From an uncultured Eubacteriales bacterium (GTDB lineage Bacteria > Bacillota > Clostridia > Christensenellales > Aristaeellaceae): a stretch of DNA of 60,786 bases. The stretch is taken from NCBI GenBank assembly GCA_900553265.1, contig USDD01000001.1, positions 1 through 60,786 on the forward strand, given 5' to 3'. The position numbers and the translations under genes were made by a program. Below, piece by piece: positions 37,920 through 45,885 of the stretch (position 1 is its first letter; every line of letters starts with the position of its first letter). The notes beneath the pieces were generated by a model. It did no database searches, was not told the origin of the DNA, and was given only the letters and a program-made list of their open reading frames with translations.

Positions 37920-39013
37920 AGCCCGTTCGCGTGCTGGAGCTGATTACGGTTCCGGCGGATTTCAACGGCCTGACGCGCTTTCCCATGCGGCTGATGGCCA
38001 AAATGGATCCGTCCGCCGTGCGCGCCGACCTTCTGACCTATGCCGTGGGCGACGAGCGCATTCGCGGCGAAATCGAGGCCATGGGTGCCAGACTGTACGT
38101 CGCGCCCCACCGGCTGAAGCATCCGCTGCGCTACATGCGCTACGTCGCGTCCCTCGTGCGCGAAAACCGCTATGATATCGTGCATCTGCACGGCAATTCC
38201 TGCACGCTGGCCATCGATCTCTGGGCGGCGAAGCGGGGCGGCGCGCGGGTGCGCATCGCCCACAGCCACAACACTGCCTGCAAGTTCACGCTGCTGCACC
38301 GGCTGCTGCGCCCGGCGTTCAACGCGCTGTACACCCACGCCTATGCCTGCGGCGACGAAGCCGGGCGCTGGCTGTTTGGAAGAAAGCCCTTTCGGATCAT
38401 CCCCAACGCCGTGGACGCGGAGGCGCTGGCCTTCTCCGAACCGGCGCGCGCGGATGTCCGCGCAGAATTCGGCCTGAAGGACGAGCCGGTGCTCGGCCAC
38501 GTGGGCAATTTCGTCCCGGCCAAGAACCCGCTGTTTCTTATGGAGGTTCTGAATCGCCTGCCCGAATGCCGCCTGCTGCTGGCGGGCGACGGGCCGATGC
38601 GCGCCGAGGTCGAGGCCCGCTCGGCGGAAATGGGGCTGTCCGGCCGCGTAATCTTCGCCGGAGCGCGCGGCGACATGCCGCGGCTGTACTCGGCCATGGA
38701 CGCGCTGCTGCTGCCGTCGCTGTTCGAGGGCTTCCCCACCGTGGCGCTGGAGAGCCAGTGCGCGGGTCTTCCGACAATCCTCTCCGAGGCCGTCACCCGG
38801 GACTGCGCGCTGACGGATTTCGCCGCCTTCGAGCCGCTCGACGCAGAGCGCTGGGCCGCGCGCATCCGCGAGGGCCTTGGACAAAATCGCGCTCAGCAAA
38901 GCGCCGAGGGCCGAAGCGCCGTCGTCCAAGCCGGCCACGACCTGACCCGGCTGGCCGCAGACCTTCAGGCGGAATACCTGCGCCTTGCGCAGTCAGGCGA
39001 ACCGCAGAAATGA
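37913..39013 (+). CDS. glycosyltransferase family 1 (GT4-type)
   Basis: C-terminal LLLPSLFEGFPTVALESQCAGLP (EX7E-type motif). Overlaps the upstream gene by 7 nt. Confidence 0.85.
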   Translation: MVKPVRVLELITVPADFNGLTRFPMRLMAKMDPSAVRADLLTYAVGDERIRGEIEAMGARLYVAPHRLKHPLRYMRYVASLVRENRYDIVHLHGNSCTLAIDLWAAKRGGARVRIAHSHNTACKFTLLHRLLRPAFNALYTHAYACGDEAGRWLFGRKPFRIIPNAVDAEALAFSEPARADVRAEFGLKDEPVLGHVGNFVPAKNPLFLMEVLNRLPECRLLLAGDGPMRAEVEARSAEMGLSGRVIFAGARGDMPRLYSAMDALLLPSLFEGFPTVALESQCAGLPTILSEAVTRDCALTDFAAFEPLDAERWAARIREGLGQNRAQQSAEGRSAVVQAGHDLTRLAADLQAEYLRLAQSGEPQK

Positions 39014-39102
39014 ACGCGGCGACCGAAAACCTTCAGGCGCCGCGTCTCTGAACAGACTTTTTCCTATTCAAACGCTTTGCAAATACGAACGGAGGAACCA
39101 CC

Positions 39103-40497
39103 TTGAACAATCAATCGAAGCGCTCGCTTCTGGCCACCGTGGTGGCGCTGGCCTGGCCGGCCATGCTGGAGCAGGCGCTGCAAACCTGCGTGCAGTACGC
39201 CGACTCGGCCATGGTGGGCCGGCTGGGCGTGCAGGCCACCGCCGCGGTGGGCCTGACCACCACTGTGACATGGCTGACCAATTCGCCCCTGTGGGCGCTG
39301 GGCATCGGCGTGCTGGCCTGCGTCGCCCGCGCCGTCGGCGCAAAGGACGAGCGCACCGCCCGCAGCGCGGCCATGCAGGCCGTCTGGATGGCGCTGATCT
39401 CCGGCGCGCTGCTGACGCTGCTGACCCAGTGGATCGCGCCGCACCTGCCCGGCTGGCTGAACGCCGACCCGGAAATTCGCCGGGAGGGCGCGCTGTACTT
39501 CTCCATCGTCTGTGCGCCGCTGATTTTCCGCGCCCTGTCCTTTATCCTCAGCAGCGCGCTGCGCGCCTCGGGCGACACGCGCACGCCCATGCTGGTCAAT
39601 CTGGGCATGAACGCCATCAACGTAGTGCTGAACTTCTTTCTGATCTTCCCCACGCGCGCCATGGTTCTCCTCGGGCGAACCGTGACCGTCCCCGGCGCGG
39701 GCTGGGGCGTGGCGGGCGCGGCCGTGGCCACGGCGATTTCCGTGGTGTTCAGCGGCAGCATGATGCTCGTGAAGGTGCTGCAGAGCAAATCCATCTCGCC
39801 CCGCGGCATGAAGGCGCAGTGGGATCGCCCGGTGATGACGCAGTGCATCAAGGTGGGCCTGCCCGTGGCGCTTCAGAATCTGGGCGTGTTCTCGGGACAG
39901 GTGGTATTCTCCGCGCAGGTCACGTCGCTGGGCAAGACGGCGCTGGCCGCCCATTCCATCGCCATCACCGCCGAGCAGGCCTTTTACATTCCCGGCTTCG
40001 GCATGGAGGCCGCGGCCTCGACGCTGTGCGGAAACGCGCTGGGCGAGCGGGACGAGCGCAAACTCGACCGCATCAGCCGCACGGTGCTGATGATCAGCGT
40101 CGGGCTGATGACAATCTCCGGCGCGATACTGTTCGCCTTCCCCAGGGCGCTGATGTCGCTGTTCACCCAGGACGCGGCGGTCATCGCCAGCGGCGCGGAG
40201 GTGCTGCGCATCGTGGCCTGCTCCGAGCCGATGTACGCCGCGCTGATCCTCTTCGAGGGCATCTATCACGGCGTCGGGCAGACGAAATTCCCCTTCTTCG
40301 TGTCGCTGGCGACCATGTGGGGCGTGCGCGTGCTGGGCACGGCCGTCTGCGTGGGCACGCTGGGGCTGGGACTGCGCGCCGTGTGGCTGTGCATGGTGGC
40401 GGACAACGTCGCCCGCGCGGTGCTACTGGGCATTCGCTATTTCAGCGGAAAATGGAAAAAGTCGCTGGATCTGAAACCCATATCAACGGAGGAATGA
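39103..40497 (+). CDS. MATE family efflux transporter
   Basis: 12-TM, 464-aa protein with the N-terminal LALAWPAMLEQALQ..VQYADSAMVGRLG pattern. GGAGG lies 6 nt before TTG 39103. Confidence 0.88.
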   Translation: MNNQSKRSLLATVVALAWPAMLEQALQTCVQYADSAMVGRLGVQATAAVGLTTTVTWLTNSPLWALGIGVLACVARAVGAKDERTARSAAMQAVWMALISGALLTLLTQWIAPHLPGWLNADPEIRREGALYFSIVCAPLIFRALSFILSSALRASGDTRTPMLVNLGMNAINVVLNFFLIFPTRAMVLLGRTVTVPGAGWGVAGAAVATAISVVFSGSMMLVKVLQSKSISPRGMKAQWDRPVMTQCIKVGLPVALQNLGVFSGQVVFSAQVTSLGKTALAAHSIAITAEQAFYIPGFGMEAAASTLCGNALGERDERKLDRISRTVLMISVGLMTISGAILFAFPRALMSLFTQDAAVIASGAEVLRIVACSEPMYAALILFEGIYHGVGQTKFPFFVSLATMWGVRVLGTAVCVGTLGLGLRAVWLCMVADNVARAVLLGIRYFSGKWKKSLDLKPISTEE

Positions 40498-40500
40498 CGC

Positions 40501-41622
40501 ATGAATTTTGAGGCATTGGATCGGTATCTGGACGAAATGCCCTCCCGGGGCATTCCCGGCTGCGACCTGCGCGTCTGGCAGGCGCACGAGCCCATCTACT
40601 CCCGCCGCGTGGGCGTGGGCCGTCCCGGCCAGCCGATGGCCGGCGACGAGACCTACTGGTTCTATTCCGCGTCCAAGGTGGTCTGCATGGCCGCATCCAT
40701 GCAGCTCGTCGAGCGCGGAGCCGTCGCTCTGGACGACCCGGTGAGCAGGTATCTGCCCGCCTACGCCCATCTGACCGTCCGGGAAAACGGCGGCGTCCGC
40801 CCGGCGAAAACGGTCATGACGCTCCGGCATCTCATGTCCATGCAGGGCGGACTGAACTACGATCTGGACGCGCCGTCCGTGCGGGCCGCGCGGGAAAAGT
40901 ACGCGCCCCACATGACCACCCGGCAGATCGCCGACGCGCTGGCCGCCGAGCCGCTGGACTTCGATCCCGGCACGCACTTCCAGTACAGCCTCTGCCACGA
41001 CGTGATGGCCGCGGTGATCGAGGCCGCCTCGGGCATGACCTACGGCGAATACGTCCGAAAGAACCTCTTCGACCCGCTGGGCGTGAAATGTCTGACCTTC
41101 CATCCCGACGAGGCGATTCTGTCCCGGCTGGCGGCAAGGTATCGGCTGGACGAAAACGGAATCGCCCAGCCGATGGAGAACCGCACCATGGGCTACTGCT
41201 TCTCCGACCGCTACGAGAGCGGCGGCGCGGGCCTCTGCGGCGACGCGGCGAGCTATCTGCTCTTCGCCGACGCCATCGCCAACGACGGCGTTGGCAAGAC
41301 CGGCGCGCGCATCCTTCGCCGGGAGACCATCGACCTGTGGCGCACGCCGCAGCTGACCGGCGCGTCCAAGGCCGATTTCGACGCGCTGGGCCGCACGGGC
41401 TACAGCTACGCGCTGGGCGTGCGCGTGCTGACGGATCCCTCCACCTCCCGCGGCCCCGCGGGCGAGTTCGGCTGGGACAGCGCCGCGGCGGCGTGGGTGA
41501 TGCTGGATCCCGACCATCATCTCTGCGCGCTGTTTACGCCCCATGTGCTGGACTGCGGCCGCGCCTACGTGGAGTACCATCCCGCCATGCGCGATCTGAT
41601 TTACGAGGGAATGGCGCGGTGA
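40501..41622 (+). CDS. beta-lactamase-fold serine hydrolase (class C/EstB-like)
   Basis: SxxK motif in WFYSASKVV and a YSL (YxN-like) motif, typical of family-VIII esterases/PBP-like hydrolases. Confidence 0.85.
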   Translation: MNFEALDRYLDEMPSRGIPGCDLRVWQAHEPIYSRRVGVGRPGQPMAGDETYWFYSASKVVCMAASMQLVERGAVALDDPVSRYLPAYAHLTVRENGGVRPAKTVMTLRHLMSMQGGLNYDLDAPSVRAAREKYAPHMTTRQIADALAAEPLDFDPGTHFQYSLCHDVMAAVIEAASGMTYGEYVRKNLFDPLGVKCLTFHPDEAILSRLAARYRLDENGIAQPMENRTMGYCFSDRYESGGAGLCGDAASYLLFADAIANDGVGKTGARILRRETIDLWRTPQLTGASKADFDALGRTGYSYALGVRVLTDPSTSRGPAGEFGWDSAAAAWVMLDPDHHLCALFTPHVLDCGRAYVEYHPAMRDLIYEGMAR

Positions 41623-42095
41623 GCGAAGCGGACATGGTCGAAATCCGCGGTCACCGACTGCGCGAGGAAACCGTTCTCGAGATCGGCCGGTTTTCCATCC
41701 TGTGGAGCATTTTTGAAAATCAGTACTGCCATATGAAATGCACGTCGGCGGTTCTTGCAGAAATCGCACCGACGCTCACCATCGACCCGGCTGCGCGCAC
41801 GCGCTTTGCCGAAGTGCTGCGCTGCCGCTGCGGCCTGCAGGAATTGCTCTCGGCGGATTATGTTCGTTTCTCGCTGCACCCTTCAGGTGCGCGCCTTTCC
41901 AGCGAGGACGAGCAAATGCGCATGCAGCAGTTCATCGAGCAGAGCGGAAACGAGCTTACGCTCGGCTGTCTGCTGATCGTCCGGCGGCTGCGCAACAATC
42001 TGATGCACGGACTGAAGTTCCCCGACGAACTGGACGGCCAGCTGGAGCTCTTCCGAGCCATGAACGGCGTGCTGGAGCATCTTTCACGAAATTAA
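41619..42095 (+). CDS. small helical protein with a HEPN-type RNxxxH motif
   Basis: RRLRNNLMHG lies near the C-terminus. GTG 41619 overlaps the hydrolase TGA (GTGA), with GAGGGA 9 nt upstream; the alternative ATG is 41634. The track ORF from 41088 is an out-of-frame overlap with the hydrolase. Confidence 0.6.
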   Translation: MSEADMVEIRGHRLREETVLEIGRFSILWSIFENQYCHMKCTSAVLAEIAPTLTIDPAARTRFAEVLRCRCGLQELLSADYVRFSLHPSGARLSSEDEQMRMQQFIEQSGNELTLGCLLIVRRLRNNLMHGLKFPDELDGQLELFRAMNGVLEHLSRN

Positions 42096-42260
42096 GGCAA
42101 CACCGCACAAATGAGGCGGTTGGCCGGCGAATGGATTTTTCGTCAGATGCAAATGCAAATTCCGAAGGTTTACTGGAGGTAAATCGAGGAAATCTGCATG
42201 CCGCAGATGGCGGAAAAGACAGCGCCAGACGCACCGCCGAATTGGGCGGTGTTGCCTTAA
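42092..42260. repeat. 169-bp inverted-repeat element (MITE-like or long structured RNA)
   Basis: TTAAGGCAACACCGC (42092-42106) is the perfect reverse complement of GCGGTGTTGCCTTAA (42246-42260). Pairing extends imperfectly to ~29 nt (GGCGGT 42115-42120 with ACCGCC 42233-42238). Confidence 0.7.
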
Positions 42261-42276
42261 AACGCGCAAATTTCCC

Positions 42277-42305
42277 TTGCATCTTTCTTCCAATTCCGGT
42301 ATAAT
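42277..42305 (+). promoter_or_regulatory. sigma-A-type promoter of the lyxose isomerase gene
   Basis: TTGCAT 42277-42282, 17 bp spacer, TATAAT 42300-42305. Confidence 0.5.
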
Positions 42306-42347
42306 AACGGTAAAGGCAATTTACTTTCCGTGAGGAGGAGAGATTCA

Positions 42348-43028
42348 ATGAAGCGTTCGGAAATCAACGGTGCCATCGCGCGGGCCAAGGATCTGCTGCA
42401 CAGAAACAACATTCATCTGCCCGCCATGGCCTACTGGAACATGGACGAGTGGAAGGCCAACGTCGGCAAGCTCGACACGGTGCGCAAAGTCATGCTCGGT
42501 TGGGACATCACCGACTTCGGCACCAACGACTTTTCCTCTGTGGGCGCGGTGCTCTACACCGTGCGCAACGGCCTGATGGACGACCCGGGCGTGGGCGTGC
42601 CCTTCTGCGAAAAGTACATCGTCATGAAGGAAGGCCAGCGCCTGCCCAAGCACTACCATGTGTTCAAGACCGAGGACATCATCAACCGCGCCGGCGGCGT
42701 GTTGGTGGTCTATCTGTGGAACGCCGATCCCGCCACGGGCGAGCAGCTGGACACGGACGTGCACGTCTGCATGGACGGCATCGAGCACGTGTTCAAGCCC
42801 GGCGAACCCATCGAGGTGCATCCCGGCAATTCCATCAGCCTGACTCCCTACATCGCCCACATCTTCGGGCCCAAGCCCGGCTGCGGCGATCTGGTCGTGG
42901 GCGAGGTCTCCAAGGTCAACGACGACAACACCGACAACTACTTCATGGAGCCGACCTCCCGCTTCGCGGACGTGGACGAGGACGAGCCCATCGTCCATCC
43001 CCTCTGCAACGAGTACGACAAGCTCTGA
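42348..43028 (+). CDS. D-lyxose/D-mannose family sugar isomerase (cupin)
   Basis: MKRSEINGAI..., LGWDITDFG, HYHVFKTEDIINRAGG, VGEVSKVNDDNTDNYF and DEDEP...LCNEY parallel the E. coli O157 Z5688-type D-lyxose isomerase as I recall it. GAGGAGGAGA RBS. Confidence 0.82.
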   Translation: MKRSEINGAIARAKDLLHRNNIHLPAMAYWNMDEWKANVGKLDTVRKVMLGWDITDFGTNDFSSVGAVLYTVRNGLMDDPGVGVPFCEKYIVMKEGQRLPKHYHVFKTEDIINRAGGVLVVYLWNADPATGEQLDTDVHVCMDGIEHVFKPGEPIEVHPGNSISLTPYIAHIFGPKPGCGDLVVGEVSKVNDDNTDNYFMEPTSRFADVDEDEPIVHPLCNEYDKL

Positions 43029-43042
43029 GAACAAAACGATTC

Positions 43043-43078
43043 AAGGCGCGGCGGAATCGCACGATTCCGCCGCGCCTT
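43043..43078. terminator. bidirectional hairpin between convergent genes
   Basis: AAGGCGCGGCGGAATCG / CGATTCCGCCGCGCCTT forms a stem of about 16 bp. Confidence 0.6.
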
Positions 43079-43098
43079 TGCTGCATCGCTCCGCTCCG

Positions 43099-43758
43099 TT
43101 ATCCCGCCGATGCGCGGCGGGCCTTCTCCGCCATGCGCTCCTGCCGCCGCCGAATCATTTCCTTCTGCGCCCGGATCTGGGCGTATTCCTTTTTGCACCA
43201 GAGCCGGTCGATCAGGATCAGGGCGGCGACTTCGATTCCACACGTGACGTACAGACTGATGATCGCCTGCCTCCGCTGCGCCTCCCAATGGGCGATGGAT
43301 TTCTCCAGCGGCAGCAGCGCCTCCGCGCCGTCCGACAGTTCCTCCAGCATGTCACCGCCCGCAATCGTCTTGGAATAGACCAGCGAATAGCTCTTTCCCG
43401 GGCTCAGCGTATCGCCCAGTTTCGAAAAATCGTCCCGGTTTTGAACGACGAATTTTCGCCCGTCCGCCGAATGGAGCACATAGCTGAGGCCGCGCCTTAT
43501 GCCACTTCTTTCCAGCGAGAGATGCGAATAGACGATTTCGGCACGCGTCCATCGCTCCGGCGACTGCCACTGATAAACGGCGATGGCGAAACTCCAGATG
43601 AAAATAAAGATCACCACGAGAAGCGTAACTCCGTATTTGGCGCGAATCGTCTGCCGGAGCTTTCGGATCTGGCCGTTTCTCTCGATGATGTATCCGTCCG
43701 GGCCGCGCTGCGGCGACCGCTTCGGCAGTGCGCCTGTTCTGTGCTTTTTCGCGCTCAT
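43099..43758 (-). CDS. two-TM membrane protein, unknown function (TM / beta-rich ~110-aa domain / TM / basic tail)
   Basis: TM segments VTLLVVIFIFIWSFAIAVY and IISLYVTCGIEVAALILI. Its ATG overlaps the stop of the upstream DUF4375 gene (ATGA at 43755-43758). Lower GC, about 48% in one 60-nt line counted. Confidence 0.65.
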   Translation of the reverse strand: MSAKKHRTGALPKRSPQRGPDGYIIERNGQIRKLRQTIRAKYGVTLLVVIFIFIWSFAIAVYQWQSPERWTRAEIVYSHLSLERSGIRRGLSYVLHSADGRKFVVQNRDDFSKLGDTLSPGKSYSLVYSKTIAGGDMLEELSDGAEALLPLEKSIAHWEAQRRQAIISLYVTCGIEVAALILIDRLWCKKEYAQIRAQKEMIRRRQERMAEKARRASAG

Positions 43759-44261
43759 TCAAAGTTCCTCCAATTTTGGACGATGCAGCGGTACAGTAAC
43801 TGCTCCAAATCGCCCGAGCATTCATAGAACCGCTCATCGCACTGATCGAGCCGCTCCGAAACGCGCCCCGTCAGCACCTTGTCCAGCAGTTTTCTTCGCT
43901 CTTCCTCGTCCTCGAGCCATGCGGTGAGAAGCGCGGCCAGCGCCGGGCGATAAGTCTCCGCGCCCACGGCACGCAGCGCGTCGAGCAGCTCTCCCGCCAG
44001 CGCGCCGCTGGAATTGCACAGATATTGCTCGAAGCCGCCGTTGCTGACCTCGCGCTGAAATGCGTCGACCGCATAGGTCGTTCGCTCCTCGGGCGAAAGC
44101 GCGGAAAGTCGCTCGCCCTCCCCGCATTTCGCGCAGAGTCTTTCGCTCATGGCGATGAGAAACGCCGTTCTGTCCGAAATCTTCCAGACGTCCTCCGGCC
44201 GCGGCTGTCGCGCCGCAGCGTCGCCCGCGATTTTCCTTCGGGTTTTGTCGAGCAGTCCCAT
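43755..44261 (-). CDS. DUF4375 (DMP19-like) family protein
   Basis: REVSNGGFEQYLCNSSG is the conserved NGGFxQY core of DUF4375/DMP19. GGAGGGAG RBS precedes ATG 44261; the track start is 44279. Confidence 0.7.
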   Translation of the reverse strand: MGLLDKTRRKIAGDAAARQPRPEDVWKISDRTAFLIAMSERLCAKCGEGERLSALSPEERTTYAVDAFQREVSNGGFEQYLCNSSGALAGELLDALRAVGAETYRPALAALLTAWLEDEEERRKLLDKVLTGRVSERLDQCDERFYECSGDLEQLLYRCIVQNWRNFE

Positions 44262-44365
44262 CGTCTCCCTCCGTTCCATACAGAGCTATGATGATGATCG
44301 GCGCATTGCAGTCCATGGAAAAGCCGCGTCTCAGGGCAAAACAGACATTGGTCACATGCCAAAAG

Positions 44366-44398
44366 AAGCCGCCGGCTTCTTTGCGAAACCGGCGGCTT
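44366..44398 (-). terminator. terminator of the decarboxylase operon
   Basis: AAGCCGCCGG / CCGGCGGCTT is a 10-bp stem. On the minus strand it is followed by CTTTTGG. Confidence 0.5.
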
Positions 44399-44407
44399 TG
44401 CGCTGCC

Positions 44408-45811
44408 TCAGATGGGCATCGCGTTGTTCCTGGTGTCGAGCACGGAGTTGTCCAGACCCAGCTGGGCCGCCTGGCGCGCCTTGAAGAACTTCTCGGCGAC
44501 CTGCGGGAACAGGGCGTAGCTGAGCACGTCCTCTTCCTGGGTGATGTACTGGCCGATCTGCTTGCGATAGCCTTCCAGCTCGGGCTTGATGAGGTCGGCG
44601 GGACGGCAGGTGATGACCTTCTGATCGCCGATGACCTTGCGGCGAACCTCCTCGTTGACCGGGGCGGGCAGGCGGCCGTACTCGCCGCGCATGAGGCCCT
44701 GGGACTCCTTGGGGTTCATCTTGTAGCGCTCGCCGGTGATGACGTTCATAACGGCCTGAGTGCCGACGATCTGAGAGGTGGGCGTGACCAGCGGCGGATA
44801 GCCGAAGTCCTCGCGCACGCGCGGAACCTCCGCCAGCACCTCGTAGAGCTTGTCGGACTTGCCGGCCTGCTTGAGCTGGTTGATGAGGTTGGACAGCATG
44901 CCGCCCGGAACCTGATACTTCAGCGTATTCACGTCCACGCGCAGCACCTTGGGATCCAGAATGCCGTCGGCCTGCAGACGGGCCGCCACGCCGCGGAAGT
45001 GCTCGGTGGCCTTGGTCAGGTTGTTCAGGTCGATGCCGGTATCGTACTCGGTGCCCGCCAGCGTGGCGACCAGCGATTCGGTGGCCGGCTGGGACGTGCC
45101 GTTGCCCAGCGGGGACAGGGCGCAGTCCACAATGTCGCAGCCCGCCTCGATGGCCTTCAGGTTCACCATGTCGCCGGTGCCGGTGGTGTTGTGGGTGTGC
45201 AGATGCACCAGCGTCTCGGGCTTGAGGGCCTGCTTGAGCTTCTTGACCAGCGAATAGGCCTGATAGGGCAGCAGCAGGTTCGCCATGTCCTTGATGCAGA
45301 TGTTGTCCGCGCCCATCTTCTCATATTCCAGCGCGAGGTTCACGAAGTACTCCTCGGTGTGGACGGGGCTGACGGTATAGCTCATGGCCATTTCGCAGAC
45401 GCCGCCGTACTTCTTGGTGGACTTCACGGCCTGAGCCAGATTGCGCGGGTCGTTCAGCGCGTCGAAGATGCGGATGACGTCGATGCCGTTCTTGATGGAC
45501 AGGCGGACGAACTCGTCCACCACGTCGTCGGCATAGTGCTTGTAGCCCAGAATGTTCTGGCCGCGGAAGAGCATCTGCAGCCTGGTGTTGGGCAGCGCCT
45601 TCTTGAGCTGACGCAGGCGCTCCCAGGGATCCTCGTTCAGGAAGCGCAGGCACGCGTCGAAGGTCGCGCCGCCCCAGCACTCCAGAGAATAATAGCCAGC
45701 CTTATCCAGCACGTCGCACGCCGGCAGCATCTCCTCCAGGCGCATGCGGGTCGCCGCCTGAGACTGATGGGCGTCGCGAAGGATGGTTTCGGTAATCATG
45801 ACTTTCGCCAT
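44408..45811 (-). CDS. oxaloacetate decarboxylase alpha / transcarboxylase 5S-type carboxyltransferase (no biotinyl domain)
   Basis: ITETILRDAHQSQAATRMR is the pyruvate-carboxyltransferase N-terminal motif. At 467 aa it ends before any AMKM motif. Confidence 0.88.
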   Translation of the reverse strand: MAKVMITETILRDAHQSQAATRMRLEEMLPACDVLDKAGYYSLECWGGATFDACLRFLNEDPWERLRQLKKALPNTRLQMLFRGQNILGYKHYADDVVDEFVRLSIKNGIDVIRIFDALNDPRNLAQAVKSTKKYGGVCEMAMSYTVSPVHTEEYFVNLALEYEKMGADNICIKDMANLLLPYQAYSLVKKLKQALKPETLVHLHTHNTTGTGDMVNLKAIEAGCDIVDCALSPLGNGTSQPATESLVATLAGTEYDTGIDLNNLTKATEHFRGVAARLQADGILDPKVLRVDVNTLKYQVPGGMLSNLINQLKQAGKSDKLYEVLAEVPRVREDFGYPPLVTPTSQIVGTQAVMNVITGERYKMNPKESQGLMRGEYGRLPAPVNEEVRRKVIGDQKVITCRPADLIKPELEGYRKQIGQYITQEEDVLSYALFPQVAEKFFKARQAAQLGLDNSVLDTRNNAMPI

Positions 45812-45885
45812 TGTCTTTTTCCTCCTCGCAGAAAATCACCCGGCAAGGCCGCGCGCGCCGAGCGCGCGCGGCGGCCGGAAATCAG

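Noticed and set aside
41088-41618. 335-aa version of the HEPN-motif ORF starting at 41088
   Set aside because: The first ~177 codons are an out-of-frame overlap with the serine hydrolase gene (Arg/Gly-rich). An RBS-supported start lies at 41619 or 41634.
42132-42304. 57-aa ORF (MDFSSDANANSEG...) inside the inverted-repeat element
   Set aside because: It has no Shine-Dalgarno sequence, runs through the right repeat arm and the downstream promoter, and has no recognisable features.
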